Positions 38,979 to 47,616 of a stretch of 64,000 nucleotides of DNA are shown here, in pieces. Both the position numbers and the translations under genes were made by a program. Position 1 is the stretch's first letter; each line of letters begins with the position of its first letter. Below the pieces are notes generated by a model. The model saw only the letters and a program-made list of their open reading frames with translations. It did no database searches and was not told where the DNA came from. The stretch lies in the NCBI GenBank assembly GCA_965140445.1, contig OZ223236.1:3650498-3714497 (forward strand), read 5' to 3'. The DNA comes from Candidatus Ozemobacteraceae bacterium. GTDB lineage: Bacteria; Muiribacteriota; Ozemobacteria; Ozemobacterales; Ozemobacteraceae.

Positions 38979-40592
38979 TTAAATTCCAGAAATAGAATAT
39001 ACAAGGCCGCTACCACCAATAAAAGCAAGCGCTCCAATCGCCTTTTCTGGCATTCGCCCTTCAAGTTCCATGGCTTTACCAAAAAGTCCAAACACTAGCG
39101 GATGAACAAGAAATGGCATAGCAAAAATGAAAGGAATCATACTTGATGCTTGATTACCAAACATACCGCCTTGAACTGCGGCGAAGAGTCCAAAATGAGA
39201 GATAGCTGCAGATTTGGCCATAGAGGCATATCCAAGATCCATTCCACCAATGTGCAATAAAAAGAATCCACCAAAAATTGCCGTAAGTTGCCATCCAAAA
39301 GAGAATTGCATGAGCCCTTTAACTTCTTTGCCTTCATCACCATTTGCGGATCTAAGAGTTTTAATAGACCAAAAAACCAGACACAAACCTATTAATGAAA
39401 TGGTTATAGCTGCCGGAACGAGGAGAGCCCCTTGCTTAACACTCATAGCAAGTATGGTAAAAACAAATACATGGCCGAAAAAGGGAATATTAATCATAAT
39501 TGGAGCTCTGGCGGCAGCTTCAGATCCAAGATCCCCAGCAGTACATGCCCCCGTTAAACCAGCATGAGATAAAGCTCCAGCCATACCAGGAGCAAGGTTT
39601 CTGATTTGATTGCTATTCGCAGCAAAAATTAAAACTGCCAATCCACCAAACATCCAAAAAATCTGGCCGAAAAAGCCATATGCCATCACAGAAGTCATTC
39701 CTTCAAGTTTAAATGCCTCGACAATTCTTGACCCGCCAATCATAAAGTTTGCTGCCAATACCACGGGAATTCCAGCAAACAAAAGAGCTCTGCCTGTTGG
39801 TCCAAGTTGCCAGTTTGAAAAAAACATTCCAATAGTGGAGGAAATAATCATTGCAAAAAAGATCTGTGGCAATGAAATATAAGACTTTGCAAAAACAGCT
39901 ATTTTAAAACTCAGTGTCAAAACGGCTACAATAAAGATGATCTCCAGCAAGCCTTTTCTGATATAGGCAGATTTATTTTTTATTGTTGCCCGATGATCAA
40001 TAAAAATTATTGATCCAACAATTCCAATATAAGCTATTAGAGGATAAAGTTTGGCAAGAGTATCCTCAGGACTAGCCCCAACTATCATCTTTATGATTCC
40101 TTCAATTCCTAGAAGAATGAACATAGATCTAACCAGAAAAACAAGTTGAGTTCTTTTGGTACCAAGAATTACCTCTTCTTGTGATGGAATAACAATATCT
40201 TCTATTTCTTCAAGATGCTGTCCTGCAATAATTTTTCGTAATTCCTGGCCCCCGACAAAAAATGAAGCTATCAAGGCAATGATGGTTACTTTACTAATTA
40301 AGCCAATTAAAGGAAACTCCTTAAGACCGGGGGTACCAACACCACTTGAAACAAGAGCATACCCCATTCCAAGACCGAAAATAACTATAATCAGTATTGG
40401 AGAGTATCTTGTTCCTGCAACAACAGTTCTAGAAATTAAAACCATTGGTAAGATTAAAAAAAGAGTCAACCAAAACTGGTTTAAGAACTGCAACTTTGCA
40501 ATTTGTTCAATCAAATGTTCCATAATAATTTCCTCAACTAATTTTTTACTTTTGCTCTGCAACATTTTAATTAAAACAAAAAGCTTTTGCAA
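38979..40592 (-). CDS. Polytopic membrane protein, putative permease of unknown family
   Basis: About 12-14 hydrophobic helices with Gly-rich segments. No specific family recognised. Confidence 0.5.
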   Translation of the reverse strand: MQKLFVLIKMLQSKSKKLVEEIIMEHLIEQIAKLQFLNQFWLTLFLILPMVLISRTVVAGTRYSPILIIVIFGLGMGYALVSSGVGTPGLKEFPLIGLISKVTIIALIASFFVGGQELRKIIAGQHLEEIEDIVIPSQEEVILGTKRTQLVFLVRSMFILLGIEGIIKMIVGASPEDTLAKLYPLIAYIGIVGSIIFIDHRATIKNKSAYIRKGLLEIIFIVAVLTLSFKIAVFAKSYISLPQIFFAMIISSTIGMFFSNWQLGPTGRALLFAGIPVVLAANFMIGGSRIVEAFKLEGMTSVMAYGFFGQIFWMFGGLAVLIFAANSNQIRNLAPGMAGALSHAGLTGACTAGDLGSEAAARAPIMINIPFFGHVFVFTILAMSVKQGALLVPAAITISLIGLCLVFWSIKTLRSANGDEGKEVKGLMQFSFGWQLTAIFGGFFLLHIGGMDLGYASMAKSAAISHFGLFAAVQGGMFGNQASSMIPFIFAMPFLVHPLVFGLFGKAMELEGRMPEKAIGALAFIGGSGLVYSISGI

Positions 40593-40879
40593 GCTAATTC
40601 CGAATTAAAAGCAAAATTTGGCCATTTCCTCTGATTTTCTAATTATCCCGTACAAAACAACTAAAAATATAATAAGACATAAAACATCTTTACTTCTTCA
40701 GTTAATTTCTAGTCTAGAGGCTATAAAAGACTTATTTTAGATTTTTTAGTAAACTACGTTTTAGTAAATCAATTGTGGTTATGAGCAAGATATTTTTTTG
40801 CAGTTGCAAATTTTTCTGAGATTTTTTAAGGATTGTGATAATATCAATTTCTCAAAACACATACTGGAGGATGTTATTT

Positions 40880-41785
40880 ATGATTAGAAAGGTTGACCTT
40901 GGCGTATCGACTGGTCACGGTGTTTTCGGAAACCCTGCTCCTCTTGGTCTTTTTGGCCTTGCAATAGCATGTGCTTCTTTGACCCCAATAGCGTTTGGCT
41001 ATGGAGTTTCTTCTACAGGCATAAATTCTGCTGCATTTGTAACTGCAGCAATTTTTTCCCTCCTTTTTGGGGGGTTCTGCCAACTTTTAACCGGACTTAT
41101 GGATTTTGCAAACAAAAACACTTACGGTGGAACAATTTTTACGGCTTTTGCTTTTAACTGGATTATTACTGCCATTTCCTTTGCAGGAATAGGTCTTGGC
41201 TACATGATCGATCACACCATCCTCCTCGCCACCGAAATAGTAATGTTCGTAGTTTTCATTTTTCTAACCTATGGATTTGGTTTTTTCAGCAAACTTTTGT
41301 TCTTTTTCCTTCTAGATATCGATTTATTATATGTTTGCAAAATTATTCGTGCCTTCACCCACACTAAAGCACTTGAAATTCCAATAGCCCTGTTCACAGT
41401 TTTACTTGGGATTATAGGCCTTTGGCTTGCTTTAGCAGGTCTTATGAATCCAATTACCGGCAAACAAATGTTTCCTGTCGGAGGCCCAATGTTTACTGGC
41501 CCCAAAAAACAAGGTTTCAATTGGAAAGTTAGAAGAGCTATTTTTGATGTGTTATATGAATCCTGGAAAGAAAGAGGGTTTGCAATGATATCTATGGAAA
41601 CCCTTTCTGAAGAAGTAAAGTCCAGAACCAATGAAGACAAAATTCTTCCTGAAATTTGTTACCTGGGGGAATATGGAGCTTTAAAAACGAAGGAAAATGA
41701 TCTTGAAAAACCAACAGCCGTAAGATTAACTTCCGAAGGTATAGATCTATATGAACAGCTAATTTTCAGGAAGTATGATTTCTAA
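40880..41785 (+). CDS. Acetate/succinate uptake transporter family (GPR1/FUN34/YaaH-SatP) protein with a ~100-aa cytoplasmic C-terminal extension
   Basis: Family signature NPAPLGLFGLA. GGAGG RBS 9 nt upstream of the ATG at 40880. The ORF track start at 40835 lacks an RBS. Confidence 0.7.
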   Translation: MIRKVDLGVSTGHGVFGNPAPLGLFGLAIACASLTPIAFGYGVSSTGINSAAFVTAAIFSLLFGGFCQLLTGLMDFANKNTYGGTIFTAFAFNWIITAISFAGIGLGYMIDHTILLATEIVMFVVFIFLTYGFGFFSKLLFFFLLDIDLLYVCKIIRAFTHTKALEIPIALFTVLLGIIGLWLALAGLMNPITGKQMFPVGGPMFTGPKKQGFNWKVRRAIFDVLYESWKERGFAMISMETLSEEVKSRTNEDKILPEICYLGEYGALKTKENDLEKPTAVRLTSEGIDLYEQLIFRKYDF

Positions 41786-41791
41786 ATTTCT

Positions 41792-41824
41792 AAAAGGGGC
41801 AGCCAATTGGCTGCCTTTTTTTTC
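41792..41824 (+). terminator. Rho-independent terminator
   Basis: ggcagcc-aatt-ggctgcc hairpin followed by TTTTTTTT. Confidence 0.55.
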
Positions 41825-41829
41825 ATCTA

Positions 41830-41858
41830 TTGACAAGCTTAGTATTTTTAAGTATTCT
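41830..41858 (+). promoter_or_regulatory. Possible sigma-70 promoter TTGACA-N17-TATTCT
   Basis: Consensus -35 TTGACA and a weak -10 with a 17-nt spacer, about 225 nt upstream of rsgA. Confidence 0.3.
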
Positions 41859-42084
41859 CAAATAAGTATGAATAGTGGTTGCCTTCCAGCTCCACGACTT
41901 TTTAATCATGGGAGGTAAATTGATGATTGCCAGGAATAATAAAAACTGACTTTTTAACTTTAAAGCCAGATCATCTGCTATTCTAAAATTTTAATTTTTC
42001 CAATTAACTTTTGAATGCATTTTGGCGCGCAGATTTCTGGCATTCTGGAGACTACTCCCATTGCATTTGAAAGGAATTTCATAA

Positions 42085-43155
42085 TTGAATCTAATTAATT
42101 ACGGCTACAATGACTATTTTGAAAAATATCGAAAAGAAAACAGCTGGAACCAGAAAGAAATTGGAAGAATTATCTCCGAAAGTCGAGAATTTTATCTGAT
42201 TTGGACTCATGGAAAGGTTGTAACTGGTGAATTATCCGGGAAACTGAGATTTTGCGCTGAATGTCGCGAAGATCTTCCCGCTGTTGGAGATTGGGTAAAC
42301 CTTGCTCTGCTAGATAATGACCAATCAATTATCAGAGATATTTATCCTCGAAAGACTACCTTAACAAGAGCAGCCATTGGCAGCTCAGGCAACCGACAGA
42401 TAATTGCAGCAAATATAGATAAAGCCTTTATTGTTATGACGGCAAACAGAGACTTTAATCTCAACCGTCTGGACCGTTATTTATCAATAGTGCTCGAAAA
42501 CAAAATTTCTCCAATAATACTTTTAAATAAAGTTGATTTGATTTCATCAGAAGATCTGGAACAACTTAAGTCTGACATAATAAATAGAAATAAAAGTCTC
42601 ACAGTAGTCTGTACCAGTGCTGTCTCGGGTGAAGGTTTGATTACTCTGAAAGAGCAACTTAATGCTAGTGATACGTTTTGTTTCATAGGCTCTTCTGGTG
42701 TTGGCAAATCGTCTTTAATAAATGCTCTTCACGGAGAAGTTCTACTTGAAACCGGTGACCTTGGCCAGAAAAATGACAGAGGGAAGCACACAACAACAAA
42801 AAGAGAGTTAGTAAGACTATCTTCTGGTGGGCTTTTACTAGATACTCCAGGAATGCGAGAAGTCGGAATAGCCGATTCCTCCTCCGGAGTTTCTGAACTT
42901 TTCAGTCAAATTGAAGAATTAACTGAAAATTGTCGTTTTAAAGATTGCTCACACAGGACAGAGCCAGGCTGTGCAGTTATTGCTGCGATTGATCAAGGAA
43001 GAATCAGTGCAGAGCAATTCAAAAGCTATTCGAAACTTCAAAGAGAAGCTAAGAGATTTGAAGCAACAGTTGCGGAAAGAAAAAAGCAAAGTAGAGATTT
43101 CGGAAAAATGGCAAAAAACGTTCTAAAATTCAAAAAGCAACTTAAGAACACCTAA
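42085..43155 (+). CDS. rsgA: Ribosome small-subunit-dependent GTPase A (circularly permuted GTPase)
   Basis: Permuted G motifs (NKVDL...GSSGVGKSSLINAL...DTPGMREVG) and a C-terminal zinc-finger Cys/His cluster. Confidence 0.8.
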   Translation: MNLINYGYNDYFEKYRKENSWNQKEIGRIISESREFYLIWTHGKVVTGELSGKLRFCAECREDLPAVGDWVNLALLDNDQSIIRDIYPRKTTLTRAAIGSSGNRQIIAANIDKAFIVMTANRDFNLNRLDRYLSIVLENKISPIILLNKVDLISSEDLEQLKSDIINRNKSLTVVCTSAVSGEGLITLKEQLNASDTFCFIGSSGVGKSSLINALHGEVLLETGDLGQKNDRGKHTTTKRELVRLSSGGLLLDTPGMREVGIADSSSGVSELFSQIEELTENCRFKDCSHRTEPGCAVIAAIDQGRISAEQFKSYSKLQREAKRFEATVAERKKQSRDFGKMAKNVLKFKKQLKNT

Positions 43156-43208
43156 AAAACAAGGGCCCTTGATAATCAAATGTCGAGGGCTCTTGTACCT
43201 TTCAATCT

Positions 43209-44003
43209 TTAGATTTTTAGATAACCTCGGGATTTCAGATACTCAAAGCTTTTCTCCACATTTACAATATCTCCAACCTCAAGAACAATTAATGGATGTT
43301 CAGATAATTGGCTGGTAAAATTTACCATTTTTTTCCAATCAATGTTTCCTTCCCCCAAGGCCAACTCAAGATCTCTGTCGCCATCATTATCATTCCAATG
43401 CATGTACACAATGTCTTCTTTCATAGTATCAAACCATCGCGAAGCATCCAAAGAAGAGAATACATTCATGTGCCCAAGATCTAAACAGGATTTAACATGT
43501 TCAGAATTTGACTTTTTTATAATATCCTTTAATAAATCAGGACTATCTTCCCACATGTTTTCAAGACAGATACAGATTTCTGGATATTCTTTAGAAACGG
43601 CACTCCAAAAGTCTGCCTGATCCTCAACTGCTTTTTTAAAATAACTCTGATTACGTATCAACATATTTATGCTGCAATGGAAAACAATATGTGAACAACC
43701 TAAATTCAAAGCCATTTCGATTCCTTCTCGAATCCTATCCTGGGAAAGCTTGGCAATTTTCTTATCGGGGCTATGTAAAACTAAATCAATGAATGGTCCA
43801 TGAAAGGTTTTATAACCACTAAAATTTCTTAGTTCCTGCTGAAAAGCACTCATCTGCTCCTTTCGTTGCTCTTTTGAGTCAATCACAGAAGGCATAGCAA
43901 AGGACACAAGTTCAAAGCCACATCCATATTTTCCTGCCAGTTCATAAAATGAGTGTCTCTGACTCCAATATGGTTGTATCAAAATTTTTGAGGGATTAAT
44001 CAT
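43209..44003 (-). CDS. Sugar phosphate isomerase/epimerase (xylose-isomerase-like TIM barrel)
   Basis: 264 aa. AP-endonuclease-2/TIM-barrel pattern (ICLENM..., HxD/E metal ligands). Confidence 0.6.
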   Translation of the reverse strand: MINPSKILIQPYWSQRHSFYELAGKYGCGFELVSFAMPSVIDSKEQRKEQMSAFQQELRNFSGYKTFHGPFIDLVLHSPDKKIAKLSQDRIREGIEMALNLGCSHIVFHCSINMLIRNQSYFKKAVEDQADFWSAVSKEYPEICICLENMWEDSPDLLKDIIKKSNSEHVKSCLDLGHMNVFSSLDASRWFDTMKEDIVYMHWNDNDGDRDLELALGEGNIDWKKMVNFTSQLSEHPLIVLEVGDIVNVEKSFEYLKSRGYLKI

Positions 44004-44071
44004 TTAACAATACCTTTCATTTTAAACTTTTTGATAAGAAGTAAAAAATAACGAATTCTGCTTTTCTGGGA

Positions 44072-44704
44072 CTATCCTTCTATTTCTAAATCACCGAACT
44101 CATTTTTCAAGCAATCAGAGCAGATTCCATGCGAAAAAACAGTTTCAGAATTCATTGTAATGTATTCTTCTAATGTAAACCAAGTGCCATCTACATTTTG
44201 AATTTTCCGACAATATGAACAAATAGACAACAATTCAGATAAATATTTAATTTTTTTCTTAGCTTCTTTCAGGTTTTTATTTGTTCTAATTAATTCTTTA
44301 GTCGTTTTTGCCAATTCATTATTTAAAACTGAAATCTGTCGGATAATACTATCAGTACGTTCCGTTTCAGGTATTCCAATCAGCAACCAATCTTTTTCCA
44401 TTTTAAAAATTTCACAATATAAAGGTATGGATAATGGATTTACAAAGTCTAAACTGATTTTCTTTTCTTCAGGAAACTGACTTATAAGTTCCTTTAGTTT
44501 ATTAACAGTTGCTGAAGTCAAAATAGTTGAGATACTATCACCTGGCTTAATATTACTTCCAGAAGTCTTTTTAAGATTTAAACTACTGGAATTAAGAATA
44601 TAATCTTCACTAAAAGAAAAAAAAGCAATTTTACTTGTGGAACTAACGTATTCAAGCACATAAGAAAAAATGGCTCCCTCATTTAATGTCACAATAAAAA
44701 CCAC
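44072..44704 (-). CDS. Small cytoplasmic protein: unknown N-terminal domain - coiled coil - Cys4 module (paralog F)
   Basis: C-terminus LSELLSICSYCRKIQNVDGTWFTLEEYITMNSETVFSHGICSDCLKNEFGDLEIEG. Overlaps the upstream B12-binding protein gene by 16 nt. Confidence 0.75.
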   Translation of the reverse strand: MVFIVTLNEGAIFSYVLEYVSSTSKIAFFSFSEDYILNSSSLNLKKTSGSNIKPGDSISTILTSATVNKLKELISQFPEEKKISLDFVNPLSIPLYCEIFKMEKDWLLIGIPETERTDSIIRQISVLNNELAKTTKELIRTNKNLKEAKKKIKYLSELLSICSYCRKIQNVDGTWFTLEEYITMNSETVFSHGICSDCLKNEFGDLEIEG

Positions 44705-45804
44705 TCTCTTGCTAGTTTTTTTGCTTCTATGACATCATTTGCAAAACCATTTGCCCCAATTCTCTCCCATAGCTTGGGATTCTCATTAAAGCTTCGTCCC
44801 CCAACCATTATTTTAGTGTCTTTTAAAGCCTCTTGATTCTTTATTTGAAAAATCATCTGCTGCACCACTGTTAGATTAAAAGGCATCGTCACAGAAACAG
44901 CCAGAATGTTTGGTTTAAATTCGTAAGATAAGTTTAAAACGTCTTGAACAGGAGTATTTGCACCAAGGTATCTAACTGTCCATCCATCGTATTCCAAAAT
45001 ATCAGCAATCATCCACGCCCCTAACTCATGAAATTCGTTAGAACATGCGGTTACAATTGCCCTCTTATTGTTTGGACATGATTTAAAATCAAGTTGAGCT
45101 AACCAGGCCATAACTCTATTAACAATTGCTGAAGTAAGATGCTCCTGAGCGACCGAGATTTCGCCTCGCTCCCAGAGACAGCCTATCTCGTACATTGCCT
45201 GTTGCAAAACATGGATATAAAATTCTTCCAAGTCAGCAATTGAATGAACACTTCCTTTTGCCAGGTTTAGACTTCCTAAGTGGTCTGCCTTTAGCAAAAA
45301 CCGCATAAGTTCATTTTTGCAACTGCTCCATCTTCCATTTGTGCATGAGCTTTGGATTAAAGGACTTCTTGCTAGATCCACAAAGTCTTCATGATGAGCA
45401 ATCATCCAATTGTAAACATCGAGAATCTCATCTTTAAGTTCTATAGGAAACAATTGCTCTACAGCCACTTTCCAAGCTTTTAACTCAATAGGAAAATACT
45501 CAAAGGAAAACCCATGGTTGGAGTATGTTTTATAAACCCATAATACAGTGCGACTCAACAATTCAAAATTATTAAGCGAAAAAACCGATGTCATAAAAGC
45601 AGCATGGTTTTTGTGGTTATCCAGCATTTTTTGCAAATGATTAGAGCCGATGAGAGAAATCACATTTTTGTTTTGCGACAAATTGCAATCTACTGATTCA
45701 ATTAGCTTTGGACAAAGTATCTCATACTCTTCGGCAGCCTTTTGGGAAACTTTTCTTATTGAGCGAGTGGTTTCTATCAAGCTTTCAATAGACAACATGG
45801 CCAT
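44689..45804 (-). CDS. Cobalamin-binding protein (helical N-terminus + B12-binding_2 four-helix bundle + B12-binding Rossmann domain). No DNA-binding or catalytic domain.
   Basis: DxHxxG-type motif SNEFHELG followed by the Rossmann-like pattern LGANTPVQDV...ILAVSV. Confidence 0.7.
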   Translation of the reverse strand: MAMLSIESLIETTRSIRKVSQKAAEEYEILCPKLIESVDCNLSQNKNVISLIGSNHLQKMLDNHKNHAAFMTSVFSLNNFELLSRTVLWVYKTYSNHGFSFEYFPIELKAWKVAVEQLFPIELKDEILDVYNWMIAHHEDFVDLARSPLIQSSCTNGRWSSCKNELMRFLLKADHLGSLNLAKGSVHSIADLEEFYIHVLQQAMYEIGCLWERGEISVAQEHLTSAIVNRVMAWLAQLDFKSCPNNKRAIVTACSNEFHELGAWMIADILEYDGWTVRYLGANTPVQDVLNLSYEFKPNILAVSVTMPFNLTVVQQMIFQIKNQEALKDTKIMVGGRSFNENPKLWERIGANGFANDVIEAKKLAREWFLL

Positions 45805-45884
45805 GCTTACTCCTCTCGGGCAATTATCTATTAAGACTTTTCTATTTATTCATTTTATGATATCAGGAATCAAAATTTATGAAA

Positions 45885-45921
45885 ACAAAAAAACGGCACA
45901 AATAATTGTGCCGTTTTTTTG
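45885..45921. terminator. Terminator hairpin downstream of ortB
   Basis: cggcacaa-ataatt-gtgccg flanked by A7 and T7. Confidence 0.55.
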
Positions 45922-45933
45922 TTTTCAGGTTGT

Positions 45934-47331
45934 TTAACCCAGAATACCATTTAGCCATTCTAACGGCATCTTGATATCTTCGGCAATAAACTTTCGATCA
46001 GCTTCTGACCATTGATCAATCGGCACATTTTTCAATGCATTTTTCACATAAGATCTGCGCAACTTTTCCATTTCTTGTCTCTGACCTTTAACCTGGGAAA
46101 GTTTTTCTGGAATAACAATACTTTTTCCATTTATTCCTTCCGTAGGGTTTCCTCGACGAACTTCAATCCCCATTTTTCTTGCAAAAGCAAGCTGGGCATT
46201 GTGGTGTTTTCCTGCGCCAGTGTATTCAGTCTCCTGAACGACAATAATTTGATCTCGATCCATTTCTCTAGCCAGCGCCACCGCTCCCGTAACACTAGTG
46301 TTTCCGGCTGGCCCGCGTTCTATTCCCTCTAGCTTTGCAAGCAATTCAGTTATGTAAAAAACTTCACCCTGATTAACTAGAATGTAATCATCCATGTATC
46401 TCAGACTTCTTGCGGCATTTCGTGGAACGTCTACTCTATCCGGCCAGGTGGCAAATGGAACGCCAAAACCTGTGTGCCCAGTGGTAAAAGATTTTTTGTT
46501 AAAATCTTTGTCTGAAGCCATATGAAGACCACTCAAGTCAACGGAGCAAGCCACAATCTTAGAGTTTGCTCCAGATTGAATTAACCCCCTCGCAGTACCT
46601 GTCAGGTTTCCCCCACCGGCATGAGTAACAACAACTGCATCAGGATCTTTTCCATACCTGGCTCGAACCTGACAAGCAATCTCCGCCCCAAGAGTTTCAA
46701 CACCTTTTATTCCAAAGGGTGTATAGAGTGAAGCATTGAAAAAACCCGTTTCTTCCAGAGTTAATAATAAACAATAAAAAAGTTCGGGCCCGACAGACAG
46801 TTTTATAACCTCTGCCCCAAATGCTTCGCACTTTCTACCCTTCTCGACGATTTCAGGTTGCCCAATTCCCATTGAATCAAAAACTTCTTGAAGAATAATG
46901 CATTTCAATTTTCTTTGAGCCGCCTGGGAGGCAACCGCTGCCCCATAGTTTCCAGAAGTGGCAGCTATGACTCCAGAGTATCCTTTTTCTTTCGCTACAA
47001 AAGCTGATATGGAGGCTCGCCTGGCTTTAAAGCTTCCAGAGGCATTTGCAGCTTCATCTTTTAAAAGGATTGTTGCACCTTTTCCTTCAGGACAACCAGC
47101 TCTAACTGCTTCAGTTAAATTGGTTAACTCAAACAAAGGAGTACTGCCAACTTTGGTTTCAGCCTGAATTTTAGCAATGTCTTCAAGCTTAAAACCAGCA
47201 TCATTCATCATTCTTTCGTAATCGAATGCCAGTGCTCCAAGCGTATAATCATCGTAATCAATCCCCATTGAGGACTTCATTATTTCATTTTTCCGAGCCA
47301 TTACAGCCTGATAGGAAGTATCTCTTTTCAT
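45934..47331 (-). CDS. ortB: 2-amino-4-ketopentanoate thiolase beta subunit (PLP-dependent, Trp-synthase-beta fold)
   Basis: PLP fold-type II lysine region ASGSFKARRA. About 465 aa. Follows small ortA and ord. Confidence 0.7.
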   Translation of the reverse strand: MKRDTSYQAVMARKNEIMKSSMGIDYDDYTLGALAFDYERMMNDAGFKLEDIAKIQAETKVGSTPLFELTNLTEAVRAGCPEGKGATILLKDEAANASGSFKARRASISAFVAKEKGYSGVIAATSGNYGAAVASQAAQRKLKCIILQEVFDSMGIGQPEIVEKGRKCEAFGAEVIKLSVGPELFYCLLLTLEETGFFNASLYTPFGIKGVETLGAEIACQVRARYGKDPDAVVVTHAGGGNLTGTARGLIQSGANSKIVACSVDLSGLHMASDKDFNKKSFTTGHTGFGVPFATWPDRVDVPRNAARSLRYMDDYILVNQGEVFYITELLAKLEGIERGPAGNTSVTGAVALAREMDRDQIIVVQETEYTGAGKHHNAQLAFARKMGIEVRRGNPTEGINGKSIVIPEKLSQVKGQRQEMEKLRRSYVKNALKNVPIDQWSEADRKFIAEDIKMPLEWLNGILG

Positions 47332-47615
47332 ACTTGTCCTCCCAAACCAATATTTAAAAGCTCTTCAACTGTTTCACCAAAATCATGGCGATAACATGGC
47401 GAAATAATTTTTAATTCACCCTCAACGGTTCTTCCAATTAGGGTTTTTATAGCTACAATATCTCCAATTTTTGAGTCTGACTGCAAAAAGCCAGACATTT
47501 TCATTATGTATGGGGTGCACCTGGTATCTTCTGGAACTTGCGGAGCCCTCTGATCTGGTGTCAAAATAATTTTCTCAATTTCGACCCAAGTGCCAGCTTT
47601 CACACTTTCAGACAT
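47328..47615 (-). CDS. ortA: 2-amino-4-ketopentanoate thiolase alpha subunit
   Basis: 95-aa ORF overlapping ortB by 4 nt, located between ord and ortB as in known ornithine clusters. Confidence 0.6.
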   Translation of the reverse strand: MSESVKAGTWVEIEKIILTPDQRAPQVPEDTRCTPYIMKMSGFLQSDSKIGDIVAIKTLIGRTVEGELKIISPCYRHDFGETVEELLNIGLGGQV

Positions 47616-47616
47616 C

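Noticed and set aside
40835-40879. Upstream extension of the SatP-like ORF (the ORF track starts at 40835).
   Set aside because: GGAGG lies 9 nt upstream of the ATG at 40880. The extension would place the RBS inside the coding sequence and adds a non-conserved hydrophobic stub. The shorter start is preferred.
43156-43208. Terminator between rsgA and the convergent isomerase gene.
   Set aside because: Only an imperfect stem (acaagggccc/gggctcttgt, one mismatch, long loop) and no clean T-tract. Too weak to list as a feature.
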